Shown here: positions 1 through 9,413 of the stretch, one piece after another | Layout of the letters: every line of letters starts with the position of its first letter | How positions within the stretch are numbered: position 1 is the stretch's first letter | IMG/VR virus record: IMGVR_UViG_2667527976_000007 | DNA: 34,515 bases | Source of the DNA: a virus | Taxonomy: Duplodnaviria; Heunggongvirae; Uroviricota; Caudoviricetes | Reading direction: 5' to 3' (one strand) | The notes under the pieces: generated by a model | The model's database searches: none | What the model was told of the DNA's origin: nothing | What the model saw: the letters and a program-made list of their open reading frames with translations, nothing else | Program-made: the position numbers and the translations under genes

Positions 1-510
1 ATGTCTTCGGATGCTGATGCTCACAAAGTGGGCTTAATCCCCGTCACCCTGATGGTGTCGGGGAATATTATGGGGTCAGGTGTTTTTCTGTTACCTGCAA
101 ACCTGGCCTCCACTGGCGGGATTGCTATTTATGGATGGTTGGTGACGATTATCGGTGCGCTGGGGCTCTCGATGGTATACGCCAAAATGTCGTTCCTCGA
201 CCCAAGTCCTGGTGGTTCTTACGCTTACGCCCGCCGCTGCTTTGGCCCGTTTCTCGGTTATCAAACCAACGTCCTCTACTGGCTGGCCTGCTGGATCGGC
301 AATATCGCCATGGTGGTCATTGGCGTAGGATATTTAAGTTACTTCTTCCCGATTCTGAAAGATCCATTGGTATTAACCATCACCTGCGTCGTGGTGCTGT
401 GGATCTTCGTCCTGCTGAACATTGTCGGTCCGAAAATGATCACCCGCGTACAGGCCGTTGCTACCGTGCTGGCGCTGATCCCCATCGTCGGGATTGCCGT
501 ATTTGATTAG
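1..510 (+). pseudogene. adiC: adiC (arginine:agmatine antiporter) 5' fragment, disrupted after ~codon 168 by prophage insertion
   Basis: Translation 1..510 matches the N-terminus of E. coli AdiC as I recall it, through '...[12 protein letters not shown]', then diverges ('D' + stop). Full AdiC is ~445 aa, so about 60% of the gene is missing downstream. Confidence 0.85.
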
Positions 511-526
511 ACCTGGTTCCGAGATG

Positions 527-585
<59 letters not shown>

Positions 586-586
586 T

Positions 587-664
<78 letters not shown>

Positions 665-673
665 TTGCAGATA

Positions 674-1063
674 TTACTCTTTTTTCTCCGTATCTGCATC
701 GGGTTCATCAGCAAATAGCTTGCCCTGCATCCGATCCAGTTCTTCTTTTCTTACCCGCTTAACCACGCTGTAGACCCACTGAAGCGAAACACCAAATTTG
801 CGGGCCAGTTCGTGGTGGTTGCGTCCGTTAAACTCCCTGAAGATTTCCCGGTCGCGCTGACTGACCTTCCATACCATGCCCATCGGGAAATAAACGTTTT
901 GCCCGCCCCAGACCTGCATCATTCGGTTCGCGACGGCCTGACCAATCTGGTCGGCAACTTCGGGCTCAATATCAATAATCTCGCGAACGGTCTCAGAGGT
1001 ATGCTGTGCCAGTTCCACCAGGAGTTCCGGCCCCTTACTTCGAAACTGATTCAGGTCGCTCAT
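674..1063 (-). CDS. Mor/C-family transcriptional activator (middle/late gene activator)
   Basis: 129 aa, size and C-terminal HTH-like region typical of Mu Mor/C proteins; last gene of the early operon, directly after the GemA-like gene as in Mu. Confidence 0.65.
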   Translation of the reverse strand: MSDLNQFRSKGPELLVELAQHTSETVREIIDIEPEVADQIGQAVANRMMQVWGGQNVYFPMGMVWKVSQRDREIFREFNGRNHHELARKFGVSLQWVYSVVKRVRKEELDRMQGKLFADEPDADTEKKE

Positions 1064-1484
1064 GTTTGACTCCCGCAGCTCTGCGCTGCCACTTCTTCAG
1101 TTTCTCAATAACACTGCTTGCCTGTTCAGTACTGAGCCAGCGCAGGGCGCTGATGCCCGTTTCCCGCTTGATCCACCTCGCTAATGCATTTTCTGAACGG
1201 TCACGAACAATGCCGGCAGCAGCCATTTCAAGCCATAGCGCACGAATTTTCCTGGACTGCGGATGGTTATCAAGCGGTAAACCGGAGCTGGCTTTTCTGG
1301 CTGGTTTAACGCGAAAGCCTTTCTTTTTCATGGATTCCAGCACGCAGTTTAGTTGTGTGGTATCCATTCCTTTGGTTGAGGCTTTACCGGTCAGCCCCTG
1401 TAACATCTGGCGGTAGGTGTCTTCATCCATACCCAGTTCATTACGGGCAATATGGATAAGCTGTATCAGGCGTTTTTTCTGCAT
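1035..1484 (-). CDS. GemA-like protein (Mu gp16 family)
   Basis: 149 aa; position immediately upstream of the Mor-like gene; sequence character consistent with Mu GemA/DUF1018 family. Confidence 0.6.
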   Translation of the reverse strand: MQKKRLIQLIHIARNELGMDEDTYRQMLQGLTGKASTKGMDTTQLNCVLESMKKKGFRVKPARKASSGLPLDNHPQSRKIRALWLEMAAAGIVRDRSENALARWIKRETGISALRWLSTEQASSVIEKLKKWQRRAAGVKHERPESVSK

Positions 1485-1485
1485 A

Positions 1486-1692
1486 TCATCTCCTTTTTTT
1501 CAGTCTGTCGGCAACAATGTCGGTTGCAGCTGGCAGGGTGACTGGCCAGAACAACATGACGGCGGTCATGTACAGGATGTAATGCGCGGTGTCGTAGTGC
1601 CTGCCATAGCCCAGGGAACGATGAAGTCTTGCGCTGCATGATCCTGCGTACATATACCAGAAAAGAAAACAGACAATGGTTTCAGTAGTCAT
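1486..1692 (-). CDS. small membrane protein (2 predicted TM helices)
   Basis: Internal ATG at 1692 of ORF 1486..1848 gives a 68-aa protein 'MTTETIVCFLFWYMYAG...' with two hydrophobic helices; start chosen to fit the operon, uncertain. Confidence 0.4.
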   Translation of the reverse strand: MTTETIVCFLFWYMYAGSCSARLHRSLGYGRHYDTAHYILYMTAVMLFWPVTLPAATDIVADRLKKRR

Positions 1693-1912
1693 TCTGAATA
1701 CCTCCCCATTCGATATGAATATTACGGGCAGCAATGACAGGGTCGTTATTCCACCATGCACCTGACATGTATTTTTCAACCTGTTCGCGTCCGGCAATAA
1801 CACCAATTGTGATCCCCGGCCTGACGTTCTTAAAAAAGGCGCGGGCAAAAAGGTATCTGGCAGATATTCGGCAGGCTTTTAATTTCCGGCTTTTACCTGA
1901 TAGCGTAATCAT
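1682..1912 (-). CDS. hypothetical early protein (76 aa)
   Basis: ORF whose start overlaps the stop of the upstream DUF2786-like gene (coupled arrangement); no recognisable domain. Confidence 0.35.
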   Translation of the reverse strand: MITLSGKSRKLKACRISARYLFARAFFKNVRPGITIGVIAGREQVEKYMSGAWWNNDPVIAARNIHIEWGGIQNDY

Positions 1913-2628
1913 CTGGCCTCCAGTTTCTGTTGTTCCTGCCCACTGACCGGGCGGTGCAGTCTGACGTTCTGCCCTTCACGAAACCCCGCATAGCGCGAGG
2001 CGTCGCCATTGCGGCTTCTTCCCGGTTTACGCGCCCTGGTGGTTTGCGTCTGCGGGTATTTATGTTCCAGCCACTGCTGCATCAGTTCACGCTCATCATC
2101 GGTCAGGGCAAAGGACTGTATTTCACTGATAACGGCCAGCACCCAGCCTTCGGCAAACTGGTCTCCACGGCTGGTGCGGGTGGCGGTTTTTATTCTTTTG
2201 TTCTGTGCACTGATATACTGCTGACGCGCCTTTTTCAGCTGACGGGCCAGCACTTCCCAGGTGTATGCAGCCAGTGCCGCACGTTCCCGGTTGCCGTAGA
2301 ACCCCACAGACGGATGCGTGCCGGGGTGAATGATGGAGTTAACACCAAATACCTCGCGGATGATGTTCATCAGGCCCAGCATGTAGCGCGGTGGACGGAG
2401 ACTGCCTGTCGGCCAGTAGTGACTGATGGTTTCATCAATATCACTCATAGCAATGTCGGAATGTGTGATGCCGTGAACATCCATCAGTTTACGGGCTCGG
2501 CGCAGTGCCAGAGCGGCCTCGTGCGGGTTGCCGGATGCGGCCAGCGCCAGCAACTTTTTCAGTTTCTCAATGTGTTTATTCTGGTCTGTCATTGTTCTGT
2601 ATCTCCGGTATTTTTCTGCCGTTTCCAT
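1909..2628 (-). CDS. DUF2786-like phage early protein
   Basis: 239 aa; N-terminal 'KLLALAASGNPHEAALALRRARKLM' block is characteristic of the DUF2786 family common in phage early regions. Confidence 0.55.
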   Translation of the reverse strand: METAEKYRRYRTMTDQNKHIEKLKKLLALAASGNPHEAALALRRARKLMDVHGITHSDIAMSDIDETISHYWPTGSLRPPRYMLGLMNIIREVFGVNSIIHPGTHPSVGFYGNRERAALAAYTWEVLARQLKKARQQYISAQNKRIKTATRTSRGDQFAEGWVLAVISEIQSFALTDDERELMQQWLEHKYPQTQTTRARKPGRSRNGDASRYAGFREGQNVRLHRPVSGQEQQKLEAR

Positions 2629-2804
2629 GCCCGGACAGCGTCGGACAGCTCTTTCAGGCTGTATGCTGCTTTAAGCTTTTCCCATAACCACTGTGTTGTT
2701 ATGTGCATCAGCAGGGCAGCCAGGGCTGCCCCCGCACTGAGGCATGTCGCCAGGCCAGTAAGAATCAGTGTCCATGCGGTGATTTCCCTGAGTATGTCAG
2801 CCAT
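2589..2804 (-). CDS. small hydrophobic protein (71 aa)
   Basis: ORF with one strongly hydrophobic central segment; sits in the early operon in the same orientation. Confidence 0.4.
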   Translation of the reverse strand: MADILREITAWTLILTGLATCLSAGAALAALLMHITTQWLWEKLKAAYSLKELSDAVRAWKRQKNTGDTEQ

Positions 2805-2818
2805 TGAATGCCTCCCGG

Positions 2819-3115
2819 TTACTCGTTCGTGTAAATCACGCCCAGTCGTGCAGCCAGACGTTCCAGTTTTTTCTGTTTGTGGAAGTCAATCAGCCGGTCC
2901 ATCCCCTGAAGGCGCAGTTGCTCTGTCATGATTTCCACGTCTGCCAGCTCTGCCGCGAGGTCACTTTCGCTGCCCTGTCCGTTCAGGTTGCGGGCGGCAC
3001 TGGCCGCCAGTTCAGCGGCCTCTTCTGCCAGTTTCAGGGCCTGTGCGTCCGGCCCGAAACGCTGCAGGGCCAGACGGTAGAGGGCGGTGCGGGTGAGTTC
3101 GGTGTTTCGTGTCAT
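2819..3115 (-). CDS. hypothetical early protein (98 aa)
   Basis: ORF in operon orientation with tight spacing to neighbours; alpha-helical, Ala/Leu-rich; no recognisable domain. Confidence 0.45.
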   Translation of the reverse strand: MTRNTELTRTALYRLALQRFGPDAQALKLAEEAAELAASAARNLNGQGSESDLAAELADVEIMTEQLRLQGMDRLIDFHKQKKLERLAARLGVIYTNE

Positions 3116-3124
3116 GCCGCGCCC

Positions 3125-3397
3125 TCAGTGCTTCCGGCTGACGGTGATGTGCAGGCCGCCTTCTGCAGTGGTTTCCATCCGGTACGGCACCTCATGCTCT
3201 GCCGTGTGGGTGAGTGTGTTCATCAGTACCTGCAGGGCAGCCTCCTTTCCGTTGGTCGCCACAATGGCCTGTGTGGCCATGCTGATTAGCGCCGTCAGGA
3301 CGTGCTTCACATCGGTGAGGTCGCGGCATTCACACTCGTTGACATAGTGTTCAACAAGAGTTCGGGTGCGCTGTCGTGCTTCCTGTGGGGTAATCAT
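3125..3397 (-). CDS. hypothetical early protein (90 aa)
   Basis: ORF in operon orientation; its start overlaps the stop of the upstream zinc-ribbon ORF. Confidence 0.45.
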   Translation of the reverse strand: MITPQEARQRTRTLVEHYVNECECRDLTDVKHVLTALISMATQAIVATNGKEAALQVLMNTLTHTAEHEVPYRMETTAEGGLHITVSRKH

Positions 3398-3588
3398 TGC
3401 GCGTCCTCCCTGTCAGGGCGGGAGAATTCCATGACGGGCACGTCCGCCGAAAAATGCTGGCTGCAGTACGGGCAGACCAGGGTGACACGTACTGCAGGTA
3501 TGTGATACTTACCGGACATCACGGCGATGGCGCTGTGAAAACGCAGGGCTGTTATATCCCTCTCGCACTGAATACATTTAAATATCAT
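3394..3588 (-). CDS. small zinc-ribbon protein (two CxxC pairs)
   Basis: 64 aa with 'CIQC' and 'CPYC' motifs; RBS-like GAGGAG upstream on the minus strand. Confidence 0.5.
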   Translation of the reverse strand: MIFKCIQCERDITALRFHSAIAVMSGKYHIPAVRVTLVCPYCSQHFSADVPVMEFSRPDREDAQ

Positions 3589-3685
3589 AATTTAATTCTC
3601 CTCTGTTTCCGGCGTGCAGAAGCCCGCGGCGCTGACGCCGGAATAAAAAAGAAAATGTTTTTATTAAATAATTAACGTGGTGTGT

Positions 3686-4216
3686 TTACTGCACATCCTG
3701 CTCAAAAGGAATTATTGAAAAATCCTCAATATCACTTTTTATGGTAATACCGGGAATATTTTTCACAGCCTCTTTTTCATTCAGAATGGCATCTTTATTT
3801 ATTTCCTCCTTTACACGAATAAAGCGCTCAAGCCCCAGACGTCTCAGCAGTTCAATGACATTATCCGCCCCGCGAATGCTGACTGACGGCGGACGGTTTC
3901 GCCACTGCACCTCGCCGGTGGTGAGGTTAGCGAACTTCACCTTCCCGTTGCCGGTCAGTTCATCACGGTGCGCCTCACACCATGTCTGGATACCGGACTG
4001 CAGTTCGGCCATGCGTTTTTTCAGGCTCTCGGTGAGCGGGGCATAACGTGCAGTGATGTCGCCAATGGTGTCATTCATTTCTGTTTCAGCCCTGACCAGT
4101 TCACGTTGCGCGTCACCAAGCAGTCTGATTCCCTCAATGACCTCTTCGCGTGTCCCCGGCACCCAGAGTGCTGCTGCGGCTTTGATACGTTTTGCCCCTT
4201 TTGTACTTTTTGCCAT
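3686..4216 (-). CDS. gam: Gam-like host-nuclease inhibitor (Mu Gam family)
   Basis: 176 aa; 'MAK...KRIKAAAA...EMND.I..IT...AP....L...W...HRDELT..GKVKFANLTTGEVQWR.RPPSVSIRG.D.V.E.L.RLGL.RFIR.K.EINK.AIL.E......GI..KS.IEDFSIIPFEQ' closely parallels Mu Gam as I recall it; AGGAGG RBS upstream. Confidence 0.85.
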   Translation of the reverse strand: MAKSTKGAKRIKAAAALWVPGTREEVIEGIRLLGDAQRELVRAETEMNDTIGDITARYAPLTESLKKRMAELQSGIQTWCEAHRDELTGNGKVKFANLTTGEVQWRNRPPSVSIRGADNVIELLRRLGLERFIRVKEEINKDAILNEKEAVKNIPGITIKSDIEDFSIIPFEQDVQ

Positions 4217-4243
4217 ATTTTATGACTCCTCCTGTTGTGCTGA

Positions 4244-4513
4244 TTACCACAAAGATTCCGGCCACACGACGCGACAGCCGTGCAGTTCGAAAACGCCCTG
4301 ACGGAAATGTCCCCTGTGGTCATGACCGGTATACAGATAACAGGCCTTTCCCTGCTCAAGCATGCGCATGCAATGCGCACTCCGGGAAACGCGGATGACA
4401 GGTTTGTTACCCCTGATGGTGATGCTTTGTACATCCGTGTTCGTCGCCTTAAGCGCCATAATGGCTGACTGCACTTTGCTGATTTGCTGGTTGATACCTG
4501 TGGTGGATTTCAT
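4244..4513 (-). CDS. hypothetical early protein (Kil position, 89 aa)
   Basis: ORF immediately downstream of the MuB-like gene, where Mu carries kil; no sequence-level assignment possible. Confidence 0.4.
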   Translation of the reverse strand: MKSTTGINQQISKVQSAIMALKATNTDVQSITIRGNKPVIRVSRSAHCMRMLEQGKACYLYTGHDHRGHFRQGVFELHGCRVVWPESLW

Positions 4514-4515
4514 TA

Positions 4516-5682
4516 TTAAACCCCTTTGACAACGTCAGCGTTGACCTGTGGAACCCCGATTTCAGCGGCCAGATTCATGGCGGCTATTACCAGGTTACTG
4601 ACGGCCAGCGGATACAGCAGGCTGACCATATTTTTACGATGACTTCCCGGATTGCTCAGGCGGGCACGTATGGCATCCACTGCGCTGGCGTCCATAATGT
4701 CCGTCAGTTGTTTACCGGCCCGTTGCAGTTTGAACGTCAGAAACTCTTCAAGGTTATTGTCCAGAGGCAGAAGTTCGACCACCTCACAGCGCTGAACGAC
4801 TTCACGGACTTCCATATTGCGTTCAGACAGTTTTGTCGCCAGTTCCGGCTGGCCAATCAGCACGATGGACAGCAGTTTTTTGAAACCGGACTCCAGCTCA
4901 AAAAAGCGTTTGAGGTGTTTCAGTGTCGGAATGGGCAGACTGTGGGCCTCCTCAATCACCAGAACGTGGCTGAACCCCGCCTGGCTGCTGTCTTTCAGGA
5001 CGCGATGCAACTGGCGAAAGCGGGCGTCCTGACTGCGTCTGATGCTTTCCAGTGGTGCGATGGTACTGATAATGGCTTCGGCAATCGCTGCTGCCTTCAG
5101 GGTTTTCCCTTTCACATCGTTGTCTTCCATAGCGATGATGTATGGCTCGATAACAATTACCGGCGCATTCTCGCGGTTGATACGTTCAGTCAGGTCGCGG
5201 CGCAGCGTGGATTTACCCGCACCGGACTCACCGATGACGGCCATAAACCCACCATGACGGGCTGTCTGGTACAACGCCTCACGCACGTAGCGAATATCCG
5301 GGGTGGTGAACACATCATCAGAACCCTGCATGGCTTCGTCGGCGAACGGGTCACGGAAAAGACCAAACGCTTTTTTGGTTGCTGGAAATAACACCTGTTT
5401 TTTGAGTAACATATTCTCTTCCTCACTGAGGCTCGTTTTATCTGTGGTACCCGCTGTACGGGGCGTGGCCGCGCCCTGTACAGCATCAAAACTCTTCGTT
5501 GTATCAATCCCCTGACTTTCCAGCCAGGACGCAAGACGCCGGCGCACTTCTCCGGGGCTGGTGCGGGGCCACGCGTTATGATTCACAATCTGGGCCAGCG
5601 TGGCCTCAGAAACATCGACAGCTCTCGCCACCACCGCCTGTGGAATACGGGCCTCTTTCAGTTGCTGCTTCAGTACCAGCAT
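4516..5682 (-). CDS. MuB-like transposition ATPase (AAA+)
   Basis: Walker A 'GESGAGKST'; N-terminal HTH-like region; directly downstream of the transposase. Start set to the ATG at 5682, which follows GGAGGG 5 nt after the transposase TGA, rather than the upstream in-frame ATG at 5721. Confidence 0.8.
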   Translation of the reverse strand: MLVLKQQLKEARIPQAVVARAVDVSEATLAQIVNHNAWPRTSPGEVRRRLASWLESQGIDTTKSFDAVQGAATPRTAGTTDKTSLSEEENMLLKKQVLFPATKKAFGLFRDPFADEAMQGSDDVFTTPDIRYVREALYQTARHGGFMAVIGESGAGKSTLRRDLTERINRENAPVIVIEPYIIAMEDNDVKGKTLKAAAIAEAIISTIAPLESIRRSQDARFRQLHRVLKDSSQAGFSHVLVIEEAHSLPIPTLKHLKRFFELESGFKKLLSIVLIGQPELATKLSERNMEVREVVQRCEVVELLPLDNNLEEFLTFKLQRAGKQLTDIMDASAVDAIRARLSNPGSHRKNMVSLLYPLAVSNLVIAAMNLAAEIGVPQVNADVVKGV

Positions 5683-5692
5683 GTTTCCCTCC

Positions 5693-7462
5693 TCAGTTGC
5701 CGTTAACAATGCTGATAACACTGCTGCGGGCCGGTGTGGTCAGCGTGGCCATGACTTCATCCAGTGCGGCTTCCGGTACGCCGTCCGGGTACTGTGCCGT
5801 TAACTGGCGGTAATGTTCCGGCGTCCAGGTAAGGCCGTCGGCGCTGAACTTATCGCGCAGGGCTTTCGCGGCCTCCACATGAGTCATGGGACGTTGTTCA
5901 GTGCGCGGCCCGCGTACGTCAGAGGCCTGACCACGCTTCGGCATATAGGCCGGAAGTGTGGTGTCGTCGATATGTTTATACGGGTCAAGCCGCCCGCCGA
6001 ACGGCAGCGCCTTCGCCTTGCGTGCGGCGGCTGCATCTGCGGCGTTGTCTGTACCGGTAACCAGCGCTTCGGTTTCTTTTGCCGCCATCTGTGCCGGGGT
6101 TTCCGGCAGGGCTTTGTAACTTTCGCCAAATACCGCCGCGCCTTCAGCAAAGCCAAACTCGTTCTTTCTGACCTCTTCGACCAGGAAGAACGTCTCGTGG
6201 CCGTCCTCACCGGTCAGAACCACCTGTGCCACATCGCTGCGCCATGGGTTACGGGTAATCATCAGTTTTTCACCAACCAGTACGCCCGGTACCGTTGATA
6301 CGTCAAATTCAGTGCCCCGGAACGAGACACGAAGTTTTGGCGTGACTTTGCGGAGTTCTGGTGCCGCCACAGCCAGTTCACGACATACCTCAACGGAAGG
6401 CGCTTTTTTCAGCTGCTCAGCAGTAATCTTCAGCCAGATATCCGTGCGGGTTTTACCGTGGCGGCTGTGAACAGCCGTGGCGTTAAAGTGGCTGCGCCAT
6501 TTCGCGGCCAGCGCGTTGAGTTCTTCCAGACTGTGAACCGGCCGGAACTTCAGACCCGGCTCCAGCTTGCGTTCGATAATGTCACGCGCCTTTTCCACCT
6601 GTCCGGTGGCGCGGGCGTTATGCGGCTTGTGCGCTATCAGGTCAATGCCCAGTGAGCGGCACATGTTTTTCGTCATACCCGCGGTGTTTGCCGAACCGGG
6701 GTCGAGATAGAGTATTTTTGGCACGCCGTGCAGCACGTCTGCGCCGCCACGCTCCTGCATGGCGTTGATAAGCACAGAACACAGGTTCTCACCGGATTCC
6801 GCACCCGTCACATACTCAACGTAAATCCAGCCGCTGGCATGGTCGGTAATCTCGTAACTCCACACGCGGTCACTGGCGATACGGGCAAGGTTAGCGGGTT
6901 TGTTCTTGTAGAACTTCGCGCTGTCCATCACCTGCAGCCCTTTGTGTCCATTGCTCAGGTAGTAAAGCGTGCAGAGCGAGGCATCAATCTGCCAGACATG
7001 ATTGGGATGCAGACTGGCCACTTCGGTATGCGGCGCAGGAGCATCCAGTTGTTCCGGGTGCAGGCCATAGTTACGCAGGGCACGACTGATGGCATCTTCG
7101 GACAACGGGAAAAACTCACCGGTGGTTTCATCTGTTCTGCCTGCGGAGATAAAGCCGTTAGCCCGCAGGGTTTCCACTGCATCCGCGATGGAATAGAGAC
7201 GCTTACCGTTCTTGCGGGTGGCCTCACGCAGTGTGGCAGATATCAGCGCGGCTTCGTCGCGGGTCAGGGCGCTGCGTCCGGCATCAGCGCGTTTTTTGCG
7301 TTTATCAGTCACAGAGACCTCCTTCAGCCTGCGCAGCAGAGTGGCGCGGGACATGCCAAGTTCAGCACAGGCAGCGTCGTATATTGCACCGCGTTTACCA
7401 TGCCCCGCGTCACGTGCCGCGCGGGCGACATAAACCAGTCGTTCAGTCAGGGCAGCATTCAT
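5693..7462 (-). CDS. MuA-like DDE transposase
   Basis: 589 aa; N-terminal DNA-binding region then an rve/DDE-type core; gene order ner-(x)-A-B as in Mu. Confidence 0.8.
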   Translation of the reverse strand: MNAALTERLVYVARAARDAGHGKRGAIYDAACAELGMSRATLLRRLKEVSVTDKRKKRADAGRSALTRDEAALISATLREATRKNGKRLYSIADAVETLRANGFISAGRTDETTGEFFPLSEDAISRALRNYGLHPEQLDAPAPHTEVASLHPNHVWQIDASLCTLYYLSNGHKGLQVMDSAKFYKNKPANLARIASDRVWSYEITDHASGWIYVEYVTGAESGENLCSVLINAMQERGGADVLHGVPKILYLDPGSANTAGMTKNMCRSLGIDLIAHKPHNARATGQVEKARDIIERKLEPGLKFRPVHSLEELNALAAKWRSHFNATAVHSRHGKTRTDIWLKITAEQLKKAPSVEVCRELAVAAPELRKVTPKLRVSFRGTEFDVSTVPGVLVGEKLMITRNPWRSDVAQVVLTGEDGHETFFLVEEVRKNEFGFAEGAAVFGESYKALPETPAQMAAKETEALVTGTDNAADAAAARKAKALPFGGRLDPYKHIDDTTLPAYMPKRGQASDVRGPRTEQRPMTHVEAAKALRDKFSADGLTWTPEHYRQLTAQYPDGVPEAALDEVMATLTTPARSSVISIVNGN

Positions 7463-7465
7463 TGG

Positions 7466-8377
7466 TTATGCCTCCAGCCCGTTAATCTGTGGCGTCGGCT
7501 CAGTCAGCCATGAAGGCGCGGCATTGCCTGTTGGCTCATCCGGCAGGTCAAATGTGGAGCGCAGGCTACGCGCTGTGCTTTCCAGTTGACAGACCAGGCC
7601 TGCCATGAAGTCTCTGGGGGTATCAATCATGTTTTCAGCACAATATGCGCACAGCGTCTCAAAAGCGCTGGACAGTCGAACGGCGATAGCAGATTCCGCC
7701 TCAACCGCTAATGCTGTCACTTCCGCCCGCAGCTTCTTAACCTCTTCATCAGGCTCAGGCGGCTGAATACGGGATTTCTTCTCCAGTCTGGTGGAGAGTG
7801 AGTCTATTTTTTCATTTTTGTCAGCGAGTACGCGCTGTTGTGCTGCGTTGGTTTCGCGCGCTTCGCGCAGGGCCTGACGCAATTCACGTACTGACATGCG
7901 ATCAACGTCGTCAAGCGTCAGGCCGGCAACTGTGCCGCCGTCGGCCAGTTCGGCAAGCTCTTCGTCGTCTTCTGTCATTAATTCGAAAAGTTTGGCTTTT
8001 CCCAAATGTGCCAACGTTGGCACATTTGGTTTCAGCGCCGGGGATAAGTATTTTGTCGATGCTTGCATCATTCTCACAGATGTCCGGTATGCCAGCCCCA
8101 ACTCACTTTCAAGAATCTTTATAAACTCCCCGTGTGGTTCATTTTCCTTAAGGATTATCAGCCGCTTACCTGCCTCCAGCATGGCCTCAGCGCTCTGTGC
8201 CATATAAAAGCGTGCCTCATGGACAACACGATCGCGCTCATAGGGCAGACCATCGCCGAACTGTTGCATGATTTCCATGCGATGCTGTGTCATGGCGTTT
8301 AGACTGACATTGAGATCATCCGACAGCGGTACCTCGACGTTCAGTTCAGTGCTAACCGGTGATTTGGTGCGTCCCAT
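7466..8377 (-). CDS. DUF3102-like early protein
   Basis: 303 aa; between the regulators and the transposase, a position where Mu-like prophages often carry a DUF3102 protein; assigned by family resemblance only. Confidence 0.45.
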   Translation of the reverse strand: MGRTKSPVSTELNVEVPLSDDLNVSLNAMTQHRMEIMQQFGDGLPYERDRVVHEARFYMAQSAEAMLEAGKRLIILKENEPHGEFIKILESELGLAYRTSVRMMQASTKYLSPALKPNVPTLAHLGKAKLFELMTEDDEELAELADGGTVAGLTLDDVDRMSVRELRQALREARETNAAQQRVLADKNEKIDSLSTRLEKKSRIQPPEPDEEVKKLRAEVTALAVEAESAIAVRLSSAFETLCAYCAENMIDTPRDFMAGLVCQLESTARSLRSTFDLPDEPTGNAAPSWLTEPTPQINGLEA

Positions 8378-8387
8378 TGATTACTCC

Positions 8388-8696
8388 TTACAAACGACTA
8401 CCTGAAATAACACGTTGGTTGATTTCGTTAATGCGATCCTGTGCACGTGCCATCTCGTTACTGTGGGCCATGGCGATCTGCAGCAACTGGATGCCTGGTG
8501 CGAAACGCCCGTTTTCTAGTTTCAGAGCCAACCCTTCTTCAATGAGCGTGTTAAGTGCCCGGTTGATGTTTGCCGGTGATTCGTGCAGTGCAACCGCTAG
8601 TTCCCCGTTAGAAACACCGTTCAAAGCGTGGCCACGTAAGGCCTTAAGAACGCGCAAAATACGGGTACCTGAGCTTGATGTATTTGGTTTATTCAT
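8388..8696 (-). CDS. small HTH DNA-binding protein (102 aa)
   Basis: Winged-helix-like segment 'GVSNGELAVALHESPANINRALNTLIEEGLA'; second gene of the early operon. Confidence 0.5.
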   Translation of the reverse strand: MNKPNTSSSGTRILRVLKALRGHALNGVSNGELAVALHESPANINRALNTLIEEGLALKLENGRFAPGIQLLQIAMAHSNEMARAQDRINEINQRVISGSRL

Positions 8697-8917
8697 GACG
8701 CCTCCTTAAGGATACCGGGGGTAACTTCTTTACCTATTGCAACCGATAGATCTCGCAAAATCCGATAAGTCAAACGACCGCGAGGTAGTTCACTTTTACC
8801 AGCCCAGCGACTGACTGCCTGGGTGACTGTTCGTGGTTCATAGCCCGCGTTAAGCGCGAACTGGCGCAAGCTACTGCCTCGTTCAACCAGCCGTGCCCGA
8901 ACTTGTTGTTTGTTCAT
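8693..8917 (-). CDS. Ner-like DNA-binding regulator
   Basis: 74 aa from the ATG at 8917; '...LRQFALNAGYEPRTVTQAVSR.W.....L' resembles the Mu Ner/Nlp family; first gene of the leftward early operon, divergent from the XRE gene. Confidence 0.65.
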   Translation of the reverse strand: MNKQQVRARLVERGSSLRQFALNAGYEPRTVTQAVSRWAGKSELPRGRLTYRILRDLSVAIGKEVTPGILKEAS

Positions 8918-9005
8918 ATGCACCGTGTTCCTGTTAGGTTATGATGTACTCTATTGGGTCTATTGTACACACCCAAATGAGTGTGTCAAATTGAGATATG
9001 TTCAA
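8918..9005. promoter_or_regulatory. divergent promoter/operator (switch) region between Ner-like and XRE-type genes
   Basis: 88-bp AT-rich spacer between divergent start codons; contains inverted repeat ACACAC(8967-8972)/GTGTGT(8981-8986) with an 8-bp spacer and a TGTAC direct repeat. Confidence 0.5.
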
Positions 9006-9413
9006 ATGAGTACAAAAGAGAGATTGCGTGAAGTGATGGATGCTAATGGCATGACAATAAAGGCATTATCTAACTTATCAAAAATTCCATATCGCTCACT
9101 TCAAAACTATTTGCGTGGAGAGAGAGAACCAAACGCAGAGGCTCTTGTTGCGCTAAGCACCCATTTGGGTGTATCGATCGATTGGCTACTTACCGGTAAA
9201 GAACATATTCCATCTAAAGAAATTGTTGCTGTACCAACACAACATCAATTCAGCCCGTCAGACCTTAAAATGCTTGAACTTCTAAACCAGTTAGATCCTG
9301 AGGTTCGGCGAGATCTCATGCGAGGCGCTGAAGAAAAACAGCGTGTGATTGAGATGGAAAAACAACTGAAGGAATTATCCGCAACGATTGAGCGGTTAAA
9401 AAATGTGGGTTAA
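9006..9413 (+). CDS. XRE-family HTH regulator (candidate prophage repressor or regulator of the adjacent cargo operon)
   Basis: Internal ATG at 9006 of ORF 8910..9413; HTH_XRE-like N-terminus '...MTIKALSNLSKIPYRSLQNYLRGEREPNAEALVALSTHLGVSIDWLL' and a C-terminal coiled-coil-like tail; AT-rich like the downstream operon. Confidence 0.65.
   Translation: MSTKERLREVMDANGMTIKALSNLSKIPYRSLQNYLRGEREPNAEALVALSTHLGVSIDWLLTGKEHIPSKEIVAVPTQHQFSPSDLKMLELLNQLDPEVRRDLMRGAEEKQRVIEMEKQLKELSATIERLKNVG

Noticed and set aside
135-506. 123-aa ORF in an alternative frame within adiC
   Set aside because: Lies inside the adiC coding sequence in a different frame; the adiC frame matches a known protein.
1930-2931. 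333-aa plus-strand ORF across the early region
   Set aside because: Antisense to four tightly coupled minus-strand early genes; Cys/Arg-rich unstructured translation.
3589-3685. GC-rich inverted repeat (CCGGCGT ... ACGCCGG) between the Gam-like gene and the zinc-ribbon ORF, considered as a terminator
   Set aside because: No T-rich tract follows the stem on either strand and the loop is long (~19 nt); at most an RNA structure, not a supportable terminator.
4639-5391. 250-aa plus-strand ORF antisense to the MuB-like gene, and 6728..7513 antisense to the transposase
   Set aside because: Both lie wholly within strongly supported minus-strand genes and lack start signals.
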